The notes: a model not told the origin generated them from the letters alone. A stretch of DNA of 20,000 nucleotides from an uncultured virus (IMG/VR IMGVR_UViG_3300002220_000736) (IMGVR_UViG_3300002220_000736); one strand, 5' to 3'; shown: positions 1 to 9,257, numbered from the stretch's first letter. Numbers and translations are program-made.

Positions 1-776
1 CCTGTAATCGAACTTGCAAATGTTACCCCCGTCATTGATGCGTTAGAGTTTATTAAAATATTTCCTGATGTACTGAACTTGTTTAGTCTGGTTAAATCTA
101 ACACGCCAGTAATGCCAGATGAATAAAGCGATACGAAAGCCAATGCCCCTGTATATGAACTTGCAAATGTCACACCTGTAACCGATGGAGTTAAATGAAG
201 TTGTATATCTGCGGTGGATGTGAATTTTGTAAACATTTGTATGTCAACCACGCCTGAAAGACCTGTCGATTGAAGTTGAAGCGTAGAAACAGTCCCAGTA
301 ATAGTTGCAGGAAACACAACATTTGTCATACTTGTATTCGTATGTAATATCCACGAAGTCATTGTTGAAAATACAGAGTTTGACAAATCTAACGTACCAA
401 CTATATTATCATCACTGATATTAATAGACGTAATTATACAAGTTCCTTTTCCATATAACTTGACCGTTCTGGTTGCTGTCGTTAAATATGTATGTGAAAC
501 TGCCTTATCGCCAACGGCAACAGATCCGTCCCCAAAATCCCACGCATATTGCCCTGAAGTTGCCGTAATTACAGGGTCAAAAGTTGTACTGTTTGGTGAG
601 TTGTTTTGAAATTCAGCAATAAGAAACCATCCATCAGCCGGATTGATTGGTTTCCAAATCACCGGAGAATCTGGATCGTCAGGATCAAAATAGTTATTGA
701 TTGGGCAATACGTTGCAGGGTCAGGATCTCCACCTGATCCACCGTACGGTAATATACATCTTCCTATTCTGCTCAT
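1..776 (-). CDS. PKD-domain + LRR-like repeat protein, putative tail fibre/adhesin (3' end truncated by the window edge)
   Basis: Not in the ORF track; translated by hand. The ATG at 776-774 overlaps the upstream TGA (ATGA) and the frame is open to base 1. It reads MSRIGRCILPYGGSGGDPDP...QYAWDFGDGS...VSHTY (PKD signature), then ~49-aa repeats (IVGTLDLS / LSGVVDIQ / ITGVLDLT; VVFPATITG / VTFASSYTG / VTFASSITG). Confidence 0.8.
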   Translation of the reverse strand, partial: MSRIGRCILPYGGSGGDPDPATYCPINNYFDPDDPDSPVIWKPINPADGWFLIAEFQNNSPNSTTFDPVITATSGQYAWDFGDGSVAVGDKAVSHTYLTTATRTVKLYGKGTCIITSINISDDNIVGTLDLSNSVFSTMTSWILHTNTSMTNVVFPATITGTVSTLQLQSTGLSGVVDIQMFTKFTSTADIQLHLTPSVTGVTFASSYTGALAFVSLYSSGITGVLDLTRLNKFSTSGNILINSNASMTGVTFASSIT

Positions 777-1420
777 ACAATTACCTCCGTAATAATTATT
801 GAAACTGAAATATCACCTGTTGGCTCATTGGTAGCGTAAATCTTAACTGTTCCTGTGTCACTCAAATTGTCAGGCATGATATCTGCTGCCTTTGTTATAG
901 TGATTGTTTCTTTCATGTATATAACTTCGACTTCAGCCGTTGCTGTGATATTTGCATTTGCTAGATCGTATTCATAAAAACCAGAAACCAAAGTCCATCC
1001 GGTGGATAATAATGTCAACCCTGTTATTTGAAGTGGAGTTTCACCACCACCCATAGGCAAAACAAAAGATCCTACTGTTTCAGCAACACTGCCGTCCTTT
1101 TCCCAAATGTTTATAGTTACGTGTATATCATCAGTTGGTTCAAGTAAAGAATAAATTTTCACATACCCAGCTTCTTCCACCAAAGTTTTAGGAAGTACCC
1201 CAGCTACTTTTATGATATCAGTGTCTTCATTATCAGGAATTACCTGTACAACTGACGTTGCCGTGATATTAGGATCGTATAAATCATATTCGTAATACAG
1301 GCCAAAGGATGTTGTGTACCAACCAATAGAATCAGCAACTTCTAAAACCAAGTCTTTTACTTGAATTAGGCTAGTGCTTTTCTTTACCTCTATGTATTGG
1401 AAAAAGATTGGTAATTCCAT
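773..1420 (-). CDS. Hypothetical tail-region protein with two tandem copies of a ~90-aa beta-rich domain
   Basis: 215-aa ORF. The pattern GW..YEYDL...NITAT..V.VI...G.VKIY...EPT.DI.V.I.I occurs twice. Confidence 0.8.
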   Translation of the reverse strand: MELPIFFQYIEVKKSTSLIQVKDLVLEVADSIGWYTTSFGLYYEYDLYDPNITATSVVQVIPDNEDTDIIKVAGVLPKTLVEEAGYVKIYSLLEPTDDIHVTINIWEKDGSVAETVGSFVLPMGGGETPLQITGLTLLSTGWTLVSGFYEYDLANANITATAEVEVIYMKETITITKAADIMPDNLSDTGTVKIYATNEPTGDISVSIIITEVIV

Positions 1421-1423
1421 TGT

Positions 1424-1792
1424 TTACTTTTTATAAAATCCTAGTAATAAAACCATTCCTGTATTTGTAGGATTTATTGTAAGCACTTCAAACTGTGCTA
1501 GAAAAACACCAAAATCATAAGGTATCGCCCCTTGCATCAGTTCAGCATCCGTTGACTCACACAATTGTTCTGTAATTATCATATCTTCAGGGCATTTGTA
1601 CTCGAACGGAATTGTATCTATGAAATTTAAAGCTATGACAAACGTGTAATCAGTCAATTCCGTTGTAGCTGATTTCAGGATAGTTTCTATAACTTTTTCC
1701 TTATGTACAAAGGTAGAACTATTGAAATTTTGAGATCCCTGCTTTTTTGCTGGGAGCTCCCCTTTAAACTTTCTTGTAACGACTACATCCAT
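1424..1792 (-). CDS. Hypothetical tail-region protein
   Basis: 122-aa ORF with a TAATG overlap to the upstream gene and a 3-nt gap to the next gene. No recognisable motif. Confidence 0.75.
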   Translation of the reverse strand: MDVVVTRKFKGELPAKKQGSQNFNSSTFVHKEKVIETILKSATTELTDYTFVIALNFIDTIPFEYKCPEDMIITEQLCESTDAELMQGAIPYDFGVFLAQFEVLTINPTNTGMVLLLGFYKK

Positions 1793-2121
1793 TATGTCAG
1801 ATTTATCACATCAGAATTGTTATACTCTTCTAAGTCAATATCATATTCATCTTCTGTCAAAAGCATCCGAAACGATGTCAACAGAAAGGGCTTATCACTT
1901 TGTTTACCATCAGAAAACATTTGGAATGGTTTCAAAATCCTTGCATCATGTATCGTACTTGATATTTTTTGCCTTGATTTGTTTAGTACTTGAAATTTGT
2001 TTATCATCAGTAAATCAACCAACGGCAAAAATCCACTTGAAGCCCCCGTAATTTCACCACCAGATAAGGCTGAATTAATCGTAATTTCATCAGGTTCAAA
2101 TGTTTCTATTGTAACTGCCAT
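1792..2121 (-). CDS. Chimeric small protein: first strands of an FN3 domain (aa 1-26) fused to a probable tail-tip C-terminal segment
   Basis: 109-aa ORF. TIETFEPDEITINSALSGGEITG resembles the start of the FN3 domain type common in Bacteroidota (TVTT..V..IT..SA.SGG.IT). The remainder resembles the end of a tail-tip protein (inferred). Confidence 0.7.
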   Translation of the reverse strand: MAVTIETFEPDEITINSALSGGEITGASSGFLPLVDLLMINKFQVLNKSRQKISSTIHDARILKPFQMFSDGKQSDKPFLLTSFRMLLTEDEYDIDLEEYNNSDVINLT

Positions 2122-2132
2122 AATATACGAAT

Positions 2133-4685
2133 TTAAAATTTTCTAACAAAACGAAAATAAATAGTTGTGTGTGTTTTTTGCCAATAAGTAGAATACCCAT
2201 TATTGTACCCGCCATAAATTACAATAGGGGTGACTAAGGAACTAAAATCAATAGCGTAACAATATTTGTAAGCTCGCCCCCACCCATAAGGTTCAGTAGA
2301 TGTCCAATAATGAAATTTTTCAAAACCTCCTATAACATCACGATTAGCCCAAATTGCTTTCAATTCATTGTAACTAGGTAAAAACCAATCATTATAAAAG
2401 TTATTTACCCTATAAGGAACTAATTTAGACAATCCTTGTTGCCCTTGTCTTGGGTTCGCCAAAATTGCTTCGGTATTGGCAAAACCACCACCAATTATGA
2501 TTCTGTTTGCATCACTTGTGTAAGGTCCACCTCCTGAAGTTACACCAATCCTATCACGGTATTGATAATCAGAAACAATAAGACCATGAATTTGTCCTGC
2601 AATATAACCATCATCCCCAGGTTGAAAAATGTAGCCAATAGTGCCTCCACCATATTTACTCCCCACAACTAAATTTAGAGTAGTAAATGAATAAGTTCCA
2701 CTTAGGATAGACGGCAAAGTAGCGTACACAACATTGCCTTCCCCATCAATGGCGTACGCACGAACATAGTAAAGCGTGTTAGGGTTCAACCCTGTCATTC
2801 GACTATTAAATGTTCCAAAACCAGTACCATTGATTGTATGAGGATCAGCTATTGTAGGAGGATTATTTGTTGAACTATAACAAACCCCTCTTTGATTCAC
2901 AACAGTTCCATCAGCTAAAATACCCCAACGTTCTGTTCTTTTGTCAAGGTCAGTTCCACGAAGAATGGAATTTTTATATGAATAACTTTTTGAATCGTAT
3001 AAATCTAAAGAAATAGATTCTTTATTCACAAAGTTCGGTTCAAAAGTTCCTTCAATAACATTGGCTTGAATATTTCCTGTTTCGGAAACAATAAAATCAC
3101 CAAAGTATGCCCACTGTACTTGAAACATCATTGGGTTTTCAGCATCATAATCATCAGGAAAATTAGCCTGTTCCCATTGTTTTTGTTCTTCCGATTGTTC
3201 GGTAAGATACATTGTTACAGCCCCAAAACCAATAGTTATTAATTGATCCCCACTTAGATTTCCTAAAAGATAATCTGGATTAAAGACATCATATTTTTCA
3301 ACTAAGCCTAATGGAATTGATATGTTTACATTGACACTTTGTGTTGTTGATTCAAAAGAAGAACCACTGATTTCCACATATTGAACAAAGCTTTCAGATG
3401 TTTCAGAGTATTCTGTCCTATAAGTTTTTTCATCCTCTTCCGATTCATTCGCTACAATATATAAATGCTCCGGATTGATCCGTACATAATAATGAAAACG
3501 AAATGTGTAATCTTTGAAACGCCATGTATTTTCAGGAAAAGGTTTTCCAGTTATCACATACCCAAATTGAATTTCTATGGAAGTATCCTCAGATAAAACT
3601 GTGGTTTTTATTGTCGTGGATAAGCCTTCAGATATTGGGTAAGGTACAAAAGAAGAAGCTGGACGCCTGTAAATAGCATTATTAAGTACAGAATAAGGCT
3701 GACCAGCATTATCCCAAAGAATATCCGATTGTACCCATGTTCTAACTTCAGGTGTATTTTCCGGATCTCCATCAAAAACAACGCCTGATAAATCACCATT
3801 TACTAGATTTTCAAATCTTTTATCTTGTAAGTCAATTCGTAGTTTCTTTATTCCAGGATTTACAGCTAACGTTTGTGCCGTTTCAGTAAACACAAGATCA
3901 TGAACTTCTAAAACAGTATTTGTTATAGGAACAACATCACCAGATGCCGGAACTAAAGAAATTATAGAGTACTCCACATAATCAACCGAAGTATTCCAAA
4001 TATCTGAATAACGTTCAATGTACCAAAAATCATCAAACCAATATAAAACACAATTAAAGGATATTAATATTGTTTTTAGTATTTCTAAACTGGTTGTTCT
4101 TTCTACATTATCCTCCCAAAACAATTCTGTGAAAACTCCATTTTTATCAAAAAGAGTATACCCAGCTTCTAAGGTGTCCCCTTCTGCACGTAAAATAGAA
4201 TTAATGCGTATAGGAAAATCTGCTCCAGTTGATCTTAGAATTTCATCAATAATTTCAATAAATGTGATGTTCTTTAACGTGTCGATACTTACAGGATGTT
4301 CATCTTGCAACTTGGACAGGAAACCACTGGCAACAAAATTAATAGATTGTCTTTTTAGATATTTTTGGTAAACTTGATCACAATTTAAAAAGCCTGTGAA
4401 TAAAGAAATAGTTTCTGGTTCGATTGTAACTACTCTAACCTTGTATTCCCTTTCTTTAGCATACATTAAAGGAAGAAGGGTGAAAAAGTCTGTTTCTAAA
4501 TTCATTAAAGAAAATTCCAATGTCATCCCTAACAATGGTTGTTGTGTATTTGTAGTTATGGAAAACCCATCTCTTTTTAAAACTAATTCGGAAGAAGTTC
4601 CTGCATAATCAATTTTATCTATATACAAATACCCTTTCTTAGTATCTGAATGCCATCCTGAATAATATATATTTCCGTATGCCAT
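2133..4685 (-). CDS. Tail-tip/hub protein (aa ~1-588) fused to an N-terminally truncated FN3 domain and a C-terminal DUF1566/Lcl C-type-lectin-like domain
   Basis: 850 aa, directly after the tape measure gene. FN3 motif RGVCYSS...PTI...GTGFGTFNSRMTGLNPNTLYYVRAYA. Lcl motifs VG..YGGG.I.YI, HGLI, G.G..NT..I, DWFLPSYNEL, YWTSTE, FRFVRKF*. Confidence 0.8.
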   Translation of the reverse strand: MAYGNIYYSGWHSDTKKGYLYIDKIDYAGTSSELVLKRDGFSITTNTQQPLLGMTLEFSLMNLETDFFTLLPLMYAKEREYKVRVVTIEPETISLFTGFLNCDQVYQKYLKRQSINFVASGFLSKLQDEHPVSIDTLKNITFIEIIDEILRSTGADFPIRINSILRAEGDTLEAGYTLFDKNGVFTELFWEDNVERTTSLEILKTILISFNCVLYWFDDFWYIERYSDIWNTSVDYVEYSIISLVPASGDVVPITNTVLEVHDLVFTETAQTLAVNPGIKKLRIDLQDKRFENLVNGDLSGVVFDGDPENTPEVRTWVQSDILWDNAGQPYSVLNNAIYRRPASSFVPYPISEGLSTTIKTTVLSEDTSIEIQFGYVITGKPFPENTWRFKDYTFRFHYYVRINPEHLYIVANESEEDEKTYRTEYSETSESFVQYVEISGSSFESTTQSVNVNISIPLGLVEKYDVFNPDYLLGNLSGDQLITIGFGAVTMYLTEQSEEQKQWEQANFPDDYDAENPMMFQVQWAYFGDFIVSETGNIQANVIEGTFEPNFVNKESISLDLYDSKSYSYKNSILRGTDLDKRTERWGILADGTVVNQRGVCYSSTNNPPTIADPHTINGTGFGTFNSRMTGLNPNTLYYVRAYAIDGEGNVVYATLPSILSGTYSFTTLNLVVGSKYGGGTIGYIFQPGDDGYIAGQIHGLIVSDYQYRDRIGVTSGGGPYTSDANRIIIGGGFANTEAILANPRQGQQGLSKLVPYRVNNFYNDWFLPSYNELKAIWANRDVIGGFEKFHYWTSTEPYGWGRAYKYCYAIDFSSLVTPIVIYGGYNNGYSTYWQKTHTTIYFRFVRKF

Positions 4686-4687
4686 TT

Positions 4688-7600
4688 TTAGAATGATTTT
4701 TGAAATTTACCCATTTCATTTAAAATACCAACAAGTTCCCGTCCTTCTATTACAAACCTAACTTCTTGTTTATTATTTCCACTATCTTTCCCGAAGATTT
4801 CAGACACTTTGTTCAAAGGTATTACCGTTTCGCCACTTGTAAGCATAGCTGGGAAGGAATCGTTAGGAAACCCACTAGGAACCATTCCGCCAGTTGCCAT
4901 ACCAGTAGCTTTAGATTTTTTAGAAGAGTTTGAAGATAAAGCAATGGCAATAGCAGCAATTCCAGCAAGTGCCAACCCAATTCCAACAATAGGTATCCAC
5001 GCAACCGAACTAGCAGCCCCAGCAACAGCAGCACTTGTAGAAGCAGCAGCTTTTGTTGTTTCCGCACCGGCAGCAGCTAATGTGATAGGTATACCGCTTG
5101 CAGTTGCTATGTTCTTTGCTTTTTCAGCAGCAGCCGATAACTTTGTGACTTTTGTAATAGCTTCTATAACACGAAGTACCCCAGATATGATTTGAGCACC
5201 TTCTTGAAAAATACCAAAAAGTTCCTGAAAACTATCTCCCATGTATTTAGCAACAGTATTTGCCAAAGACCCTAAAGAAGAAAACAAACTTTTCCAAGCT
5301 GATAAAAGTTGTGTGCTTTGATTTACTGTTTCATTTAACTCATTGAATTTTTTTATCATTTGCTGAACAAGGTCTATTTGTTCAGGCGACATCAAATCCA
5401 TTTTTTCCTTACTTGTTAAAGTATCTAACGCCCCTTGAAGGATACTGACATCTTGTGCAGCCTTGTTGTACCCATCCCCTAATATATTGGCAATGTCCGC
5501 ATTATCCTGCAATGCTTTATTTGTGTTGGAAAAAACTGCATTAAGTTCTTCCGATTCTGCTATTGTTTTTGCAAACAGATTTCCTTTAGCTATCCTTTTG
5601 TCTAAATTAGATAAATCAAAAAATTGTGGGGATGTTTCCTTTATTTGTTTCATAGCTGGGCTATCTTCTACTTTTTTCTTGGTCGGATAAAATGTTTCTA
5701 CTGATACCCCTAATGGTTTTATAGGGGCGTTGTCAAATTGTGCCTTAGCTTGGTTGATCAATTCATCCTGTTTCTTTTGGATTTTGTCCAAAGCAAACCA
5801 TTCACGGGATAGTTGTTTCAATCTTTTTCCTGATGCTGTATCCATCAAGGTCGTTAAAGCACTTATTTGTTCTGCTAATGTTTTTACTTCTTTTCCTGAA
5901 TCAGTAGCACCAACAACAATTGGTTTTCCTGTTGCTTTATCAATAGCAACAGTTATTTCATCAATCACTTTAATTTGATCTTTTCCTCCTTCAACTACTT
6001 TTTGTGTTTCATCATACATTTTGTTTAAGTAGGCCGTTTGAAGCACATAATTTTTCCTACTTTTTTCTGCTTGTTTATCCTCAGCCTGTTCTACTAATTC
6101 AACACCAGTTCTTACAAAAGATAAAGCCCCAACTACTTGTAATAAAACACCTTTCACTTTATTGATTTTCCTATCATCACCACTCATGGTACTTGACAGG
6201 TAATCCTTTTCCACGGATACTTGTTTTTGCTGGATAGCTTCTAACTTAGCTTTATTCCTAAGACTTTCTACATAAGTGTTTATTGCAGTAGTTGCAGCAA
6301 CCGTTTTTAAAGTTTCAGAATCAATAAAACCCAAGTATTCAGGAGATATAGAATTTATTTGTCTTATGGCAGATTCCCTTGCTTGCTTGCTTGCATTTTC
6401 ACTATTAGCCAAACGCAACAAGTTAGTTAATGCGACCTTTTCTTGTATAATGTTTTTGTTTGCCTGTTCCATTACATCTGACAAAATTTGTTGTGTTGCC
6501 GATGCTTTTTTAGCAGATGATGTGAATAACATGAAAGCAGCCGAAGCAAATAAAATTGCTTGTAAAAGAAACATTAAAGGGTGTGCAGAAAAAGCAGCCC
6601 ACAAACGCAAGACAACTCCAGTTAAGAAAGTCAAAGCCCCAATCAACGCTGTGACAGCCCCTTGAAGTAATCCTAAAATAAGCAAAACAGGGCCAAGAGC
6701 AGCAAGAATTCCTGCCCAAAGTATGATAGTTTTTTGTTGTGATGATGTTAGATTTGAAAAACTATTTGCAAGCCTTTCAATAAACCTAGCAACTGATTGT
6801 ATCAATCCTATTAATGGCTCTCTAATAGCTTCCCCTATTTTAACCAAAGATGCTTGCATACTTGAAACCGACCTATTCCAACGATCCATAACAGTACCAG
6901 TGATAGACTGTATCCCATCAGCTAAAGATCCTGCCGAATTTTTGGTTGCATCTAGCACCTTTACCAAATTTGAAAAGTTTGGCCCCATCATATCCAATAC
7001 AGGAAGTAAGGCTCTAATATTGGTGAAAACATCTCCTAAAACAGTAATATTGTCTTCATACGCTTTTGTGTTTTGTAGGACGTCTAAAGTGTTGCCCCCT
7101 ACCATCTTTTTCAAAGCTTCGACAAAAGCAAGCATACCATCATCACGTAAAACTTTACGTAAATGAGCAAAAGAAATGCCCACCTTTTCCAAAGCAGCTT
7201 CCGCTCTAGGAGGCTGTTGTACTAATGTTGTGAACAAACGTGCCATTTGGGTGGAAGCTTCAGCAGCACTTTTTCCTGATAATGTCAAAGTAGCTAAAGA
7301 CCCTGCAACTTCATCAAATTCAACACCTAACTGAACAGCTAAAGGCATCACCTTTCCTATTACTCTTCCTAAAGCATCTGCCTCCCCTTTACCTTCACGT
7401 ACCGCAGCAACTAAAATATCAGTTGCTTGCCCTGCCGTGATAGCAGTATGCCCATAAGCATTTAAAACACTGGTTACAGCATCAGCAACAGCTTTAGTAT
7501 CACCAAGACCAATTCTAGCAGCATCAGCAGATTTCTTTAAAATGTCCATTGCTAATGCAGTTTCCCTTATACCAGAAGACCCTATGAAATATAAACCTTC

Positions 7601-7954
7601 CGCTAGTTCTTTAGGGGCTTTTCCTACTTTGCCAGCAAGATTTAAAAGTTCATTGGACATGTCGTGTATTTGGCTTCCTGTAAAATTCGTCAAAGCTGCC
7701 ATTTTTCCTAAAACTTGCTCGAATTTTGCAAACGACGTCACAGCAGCCCCACCAAGTAATGACATAGGAACGGTAACAAATTGTGTCAACATTGTTCCTG
7801 TCAACATCATTTGAGAACCCAAAGATTTAAAGGAAGCATTCATTGCTGCATTAGATCCGATCACCTGTGATTCAAACCGCCTCATGTTCACAGCAGCGCG
7901 TGAAAGCCCTGCGGTATTTACTCCTAACATTACCTCAAAAGATCCTAGATTCAT
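4688..7954 (-). CDS. Tail tape measure protein (TP901-family core)
   Basis: 1088 aa, Ala-rich and helical. Contains the core motifs FEQ.L.KM.A, P.ELAEGLY.I.S.G and A..A.D.L.AAVREGK, hydrophobic segments and a terminal MATGGMV...DS.PAMLT.GE.V.P motif. Follows the chaperone genes. Confidence 0.95.
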   Translation of the reverse strand: MNLGSFEVMLGVNTAGLSRAAVNMRRFESQVIGSNAAMNASFKSLGSQMMLTGTMLTQFVTVPMSLLGGAAVTSFAKFEQVLGKMAALTNFTGSQIHDMSNELLNLAGKVGKAPKELAEGLYFIGSSGIRETALAMDILKKSADAARIGLGDTKAVADAVTSVLNAYGHTAITAGQATDILVAAVREGKGEADALGRVIGKVMPLAVQLGVEFDEVAGSLATLTLSGKSAAEASTQMARLFTTLVQQPPRAEAALEKVGISFAHLRKVLRDDGMLAFVEALKKMVGGNTLDVLQNTKAYEDNITVLGDVFTNIRALLPVLDMMGPNFSNLVKVLDATKNSAGSLADGIQSITGTVMDRWNRSVSSMQASLVKIGEAIREPLIGLIQSVARFIERLANSFSNLTSSQQKTIILWAGILAALGPVLLILGLLQGAVTALIGALTFLTGVVLRLWAAFSAHPLMFLLQAILFASAAFMLFTSSAKKASATQQILSDVMEQANKNIIQEKVALTNLLRLANSENASKQARESAIRQINSISPEYLGFIDSETLKTVAATTAINTYVESLRNKAKLEAIQQKQVSVEKDYLSSTMSGDDRKINKVKGVLLQVVGALSFVRTGVELVEQAEDKQAEKSRKNYVLQTAYLNKMYDETQKVVEGGKDQIKVIDEITVAIDKATGKPIVVGATDSGKEVKTLAEQISALTTLMDTASGKRLKQLSREWFALDKIQKKQDELINQAKAQFDNAPIKPLGVSVETFYPTKKKVEDSPAMKQIKETSPQFFDLSNLDKRIAKGNLFAKTIAESEELNAVFSNTNKALQDNADIANILGDGYNKAAQDVSILQGALDTLTSKEKMDLMSPEQIDLVQQMIKKFNELNETVNQSTQLLSAWKSLFSSLGSLANTVAKYMGDSFQELFGIFQEGAQIISGVLRVIEAITKVTKLSAAAEKAKNIATASGIPITLAAAGAETTKAAASTSAAVAGAASSVAWIPIVGIGLALAGIAAIAIALSSNSSKKSKATGMATGGMVPSGFPNDSFPAMLTSGETVIPLNKVSEIFGKDSGNNKQEVRFVIEGRELVGILNEMGKFQKSF

Positions 7955-8337
7955 TTCTTGATTTTTATAGTGCTTTGTCTTTCCTTGTCTTCTTGTACTT
8001 TCTTATTGAAAGCTGCAAAAAATTGCTTGATCTGTTCAGCCGACATAACATCAGGCTCTTCCTCTATTCCCGTCCAGTTAGGTACAAAGTCCTCCACTTT
8101 GAACTGTTTAGCATTTTTAGTACCCGAAAAACCAAGGGCTATATTGTGTAAAGATGTCATGAAATGGGAGAAGTACACATCTAAACGCCTATGTCCTATT
8201 GGTTGTATCCTGTTGAAAGCTTCCCATTCTGTTATTTGAGAAGCTGTTAAGTTGTTCAACAATTCATCAGGATGTGAGTACCCCAAAGCTAAGCACAGTT
8301 CAAATTGGAAAACCCTAGCAGGACGGGCTAGGAGTTT
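7951..8337 (-). CDS. Tail assembly chaperone C-terminal extension (gpT-like), reached by -1 frameshift
   Basis: The frame of the 111-aa TTG ORF stays open upstream to the slippery site: KLLARPARVFQFELCLALGYSHPDELL...ITEWEAF...PIG..R.D. Confidence 0.85.
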   Translation of the reverse strand, partial: KLLARPARVFQFELCLALGYSHPDELLNNLTASQITEWEAFNRIQPIGHRRLDVYFSHFMTSLHNIALGFSGTKNAKQFKVEDFVPNWTGIEEEPDVMSAEQIKQFFAAFNKKVQEDKERQSTIKIKK

Positions 8338-8340
8338 TTT
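8314..8340 (-). promoter_or_regulatory. Programmed -1 ribosomal frameshift site (A AAA AAC) with adjacent hairpin
   Basis: Minus strand reads GTA AAA AAC TCC TAG, with the heptamer at 8340-8334. The stem CCTAGC/GCTAGG (8332-8327 and 8319-8314) has a 7-nt loop. Confidence 0.85.
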
Positions 8341-8768
8341 ACAATTTCTTCCCTATCTTCTTCCGTGATAGCATTTAGACGTTGTGCCACGTCAACAATT
8401 TTTTCCAATTTGGCTGCGCTGATGTTCATTGCAAACTGCTTGTAATCATTTGGCCGGAACAACAGTTCGCCTTTTTCATCACAAACGCACACAACGGCCA
8501 GCTTTGCCCGATAATCATCAAGGGTAACATCGTACTGAACTTTTTTGCCCTGACCTGATTTTTCAACCTGCGACAATTCCCAAATACTTTTTTCATGTCC
8601 TGTCATTTGACGAACGAACACATAATCTTCCTCAACAACAGCTTCTTTCACAACTGTGCCATTTTCCTGTGATAATACTTCTGGTTCTACAACCCTTGTA
8701 TCCAATACAACTTTTTCACTTTTCAATGTGTCCTTAGACATCAACTCTGCTTTTCCTAATAGTGCCAT
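8328..8768 (-). CDS. Tail assembly chaperone (gpG-like)
   Basis: 146 aa, between the tail tube and tape measure genes. Motifs V.VRQMTG.E and AKL.V..VCDE.G.LLF; ends in a KN slippery site. Confidence 0.9.
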   Translation of the reverse strand: MALLGKAELMSKDTLKSEKVVLDTRVVEPEVLSQENGTVVKEAVVEEDYVFVRQMTGHEKSIWELSQVEKSGQGKKVQYDVTLDDYRAKLAVVCVCDEKGELLFRPNDYKQFAMNISAAKLEKIVDVAQRLNAITEEDREEIVKNS

Positions 8769-8793
8769 TTTGATTATTTTTTAATAATTTGTA

Positions 8794-8817
8794 AAACAAT
8801 TCATGATTAGAATTTTT
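8794..8817 (-). promoter_or_regulatory. Hairpin with C-UAAUCAU-G loop downstream of the tail tube gene
   Basis: Minus strand AAAAATTC-TAATCAT-GAATTGTTT. The same 9-mer CTAATCATG lies after the major capsid gene. Confidence 0.6.
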
Positions 8818-8823
8818 CAATAA

Positions 8824-9252
8824 TTAGCTACCTGAACCAGAACCCTGATCCTGAGTAACTTCACCGGATACTTTAATTGTTACTTCAGAAGTCACAGCAT
8901 CATCAAACGTTACGTTGATTGGAAGATCCTGTACATAACCGCTGAACTCAATAGAAGAACCATCCGACAACAAAATTTCATAATTGATAAGCACATCACT
9001 TTGAAAATCCTGTTTCAAAAGCAAGTACCCAGCAAATGTGTAGTTCATTGACAGGGTAACAGTTCCACCATCCCTGAAAGATGGAATAAATTCACGATAA
9101 CCGCCAGTAGAATCAAGATTTGTTACATCTATCATCTCCCTTGACATAGTTGGTCCTGAAATGGTTTTTACTTCTGCAACGGCTTCCCAGATGCCTGAAG
9201 TAACATTCCATCTTCTAAATTTTGATCCAACCCCACTAAAAGCATTACTCAT
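8824..9252 (-). CDS. Major tail (tube) protein
   Basis: 142 aa. EVKTISGP.MSRE.IDVT.LDSTGGYREFI...RDGG.V.L.MN is a typical siphovirus tube motif. Strong SD upstream. Confidence 0.93.
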   Translation of the reverse strand: MSNAFSGVGSKFRRWNVTSGIWEAVAEVKTISGPTMSREMIDVTNLDSTGGYREFIPSFRDGGTVTLSMNYTFAGYLLLKQDFQSDVLINYEILLSDGSSIEFSGYVQDLPINVTFDDAVTSEVTIKVSGEVTQDQGSGSGS

Positions 9253-9257
9253 AATAA

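Noticed and set aside
2047..2923. TGAAATTACG direct repeat (2047-2056, 2080-2089) and a weak inverted match between the two ends of the 878 bp segment as recombination signals
   Set aside because: Both are short and AT-rich. The direct repeat is explained by the repeated EIT peptide, and the inverted match is too imperfect to support.
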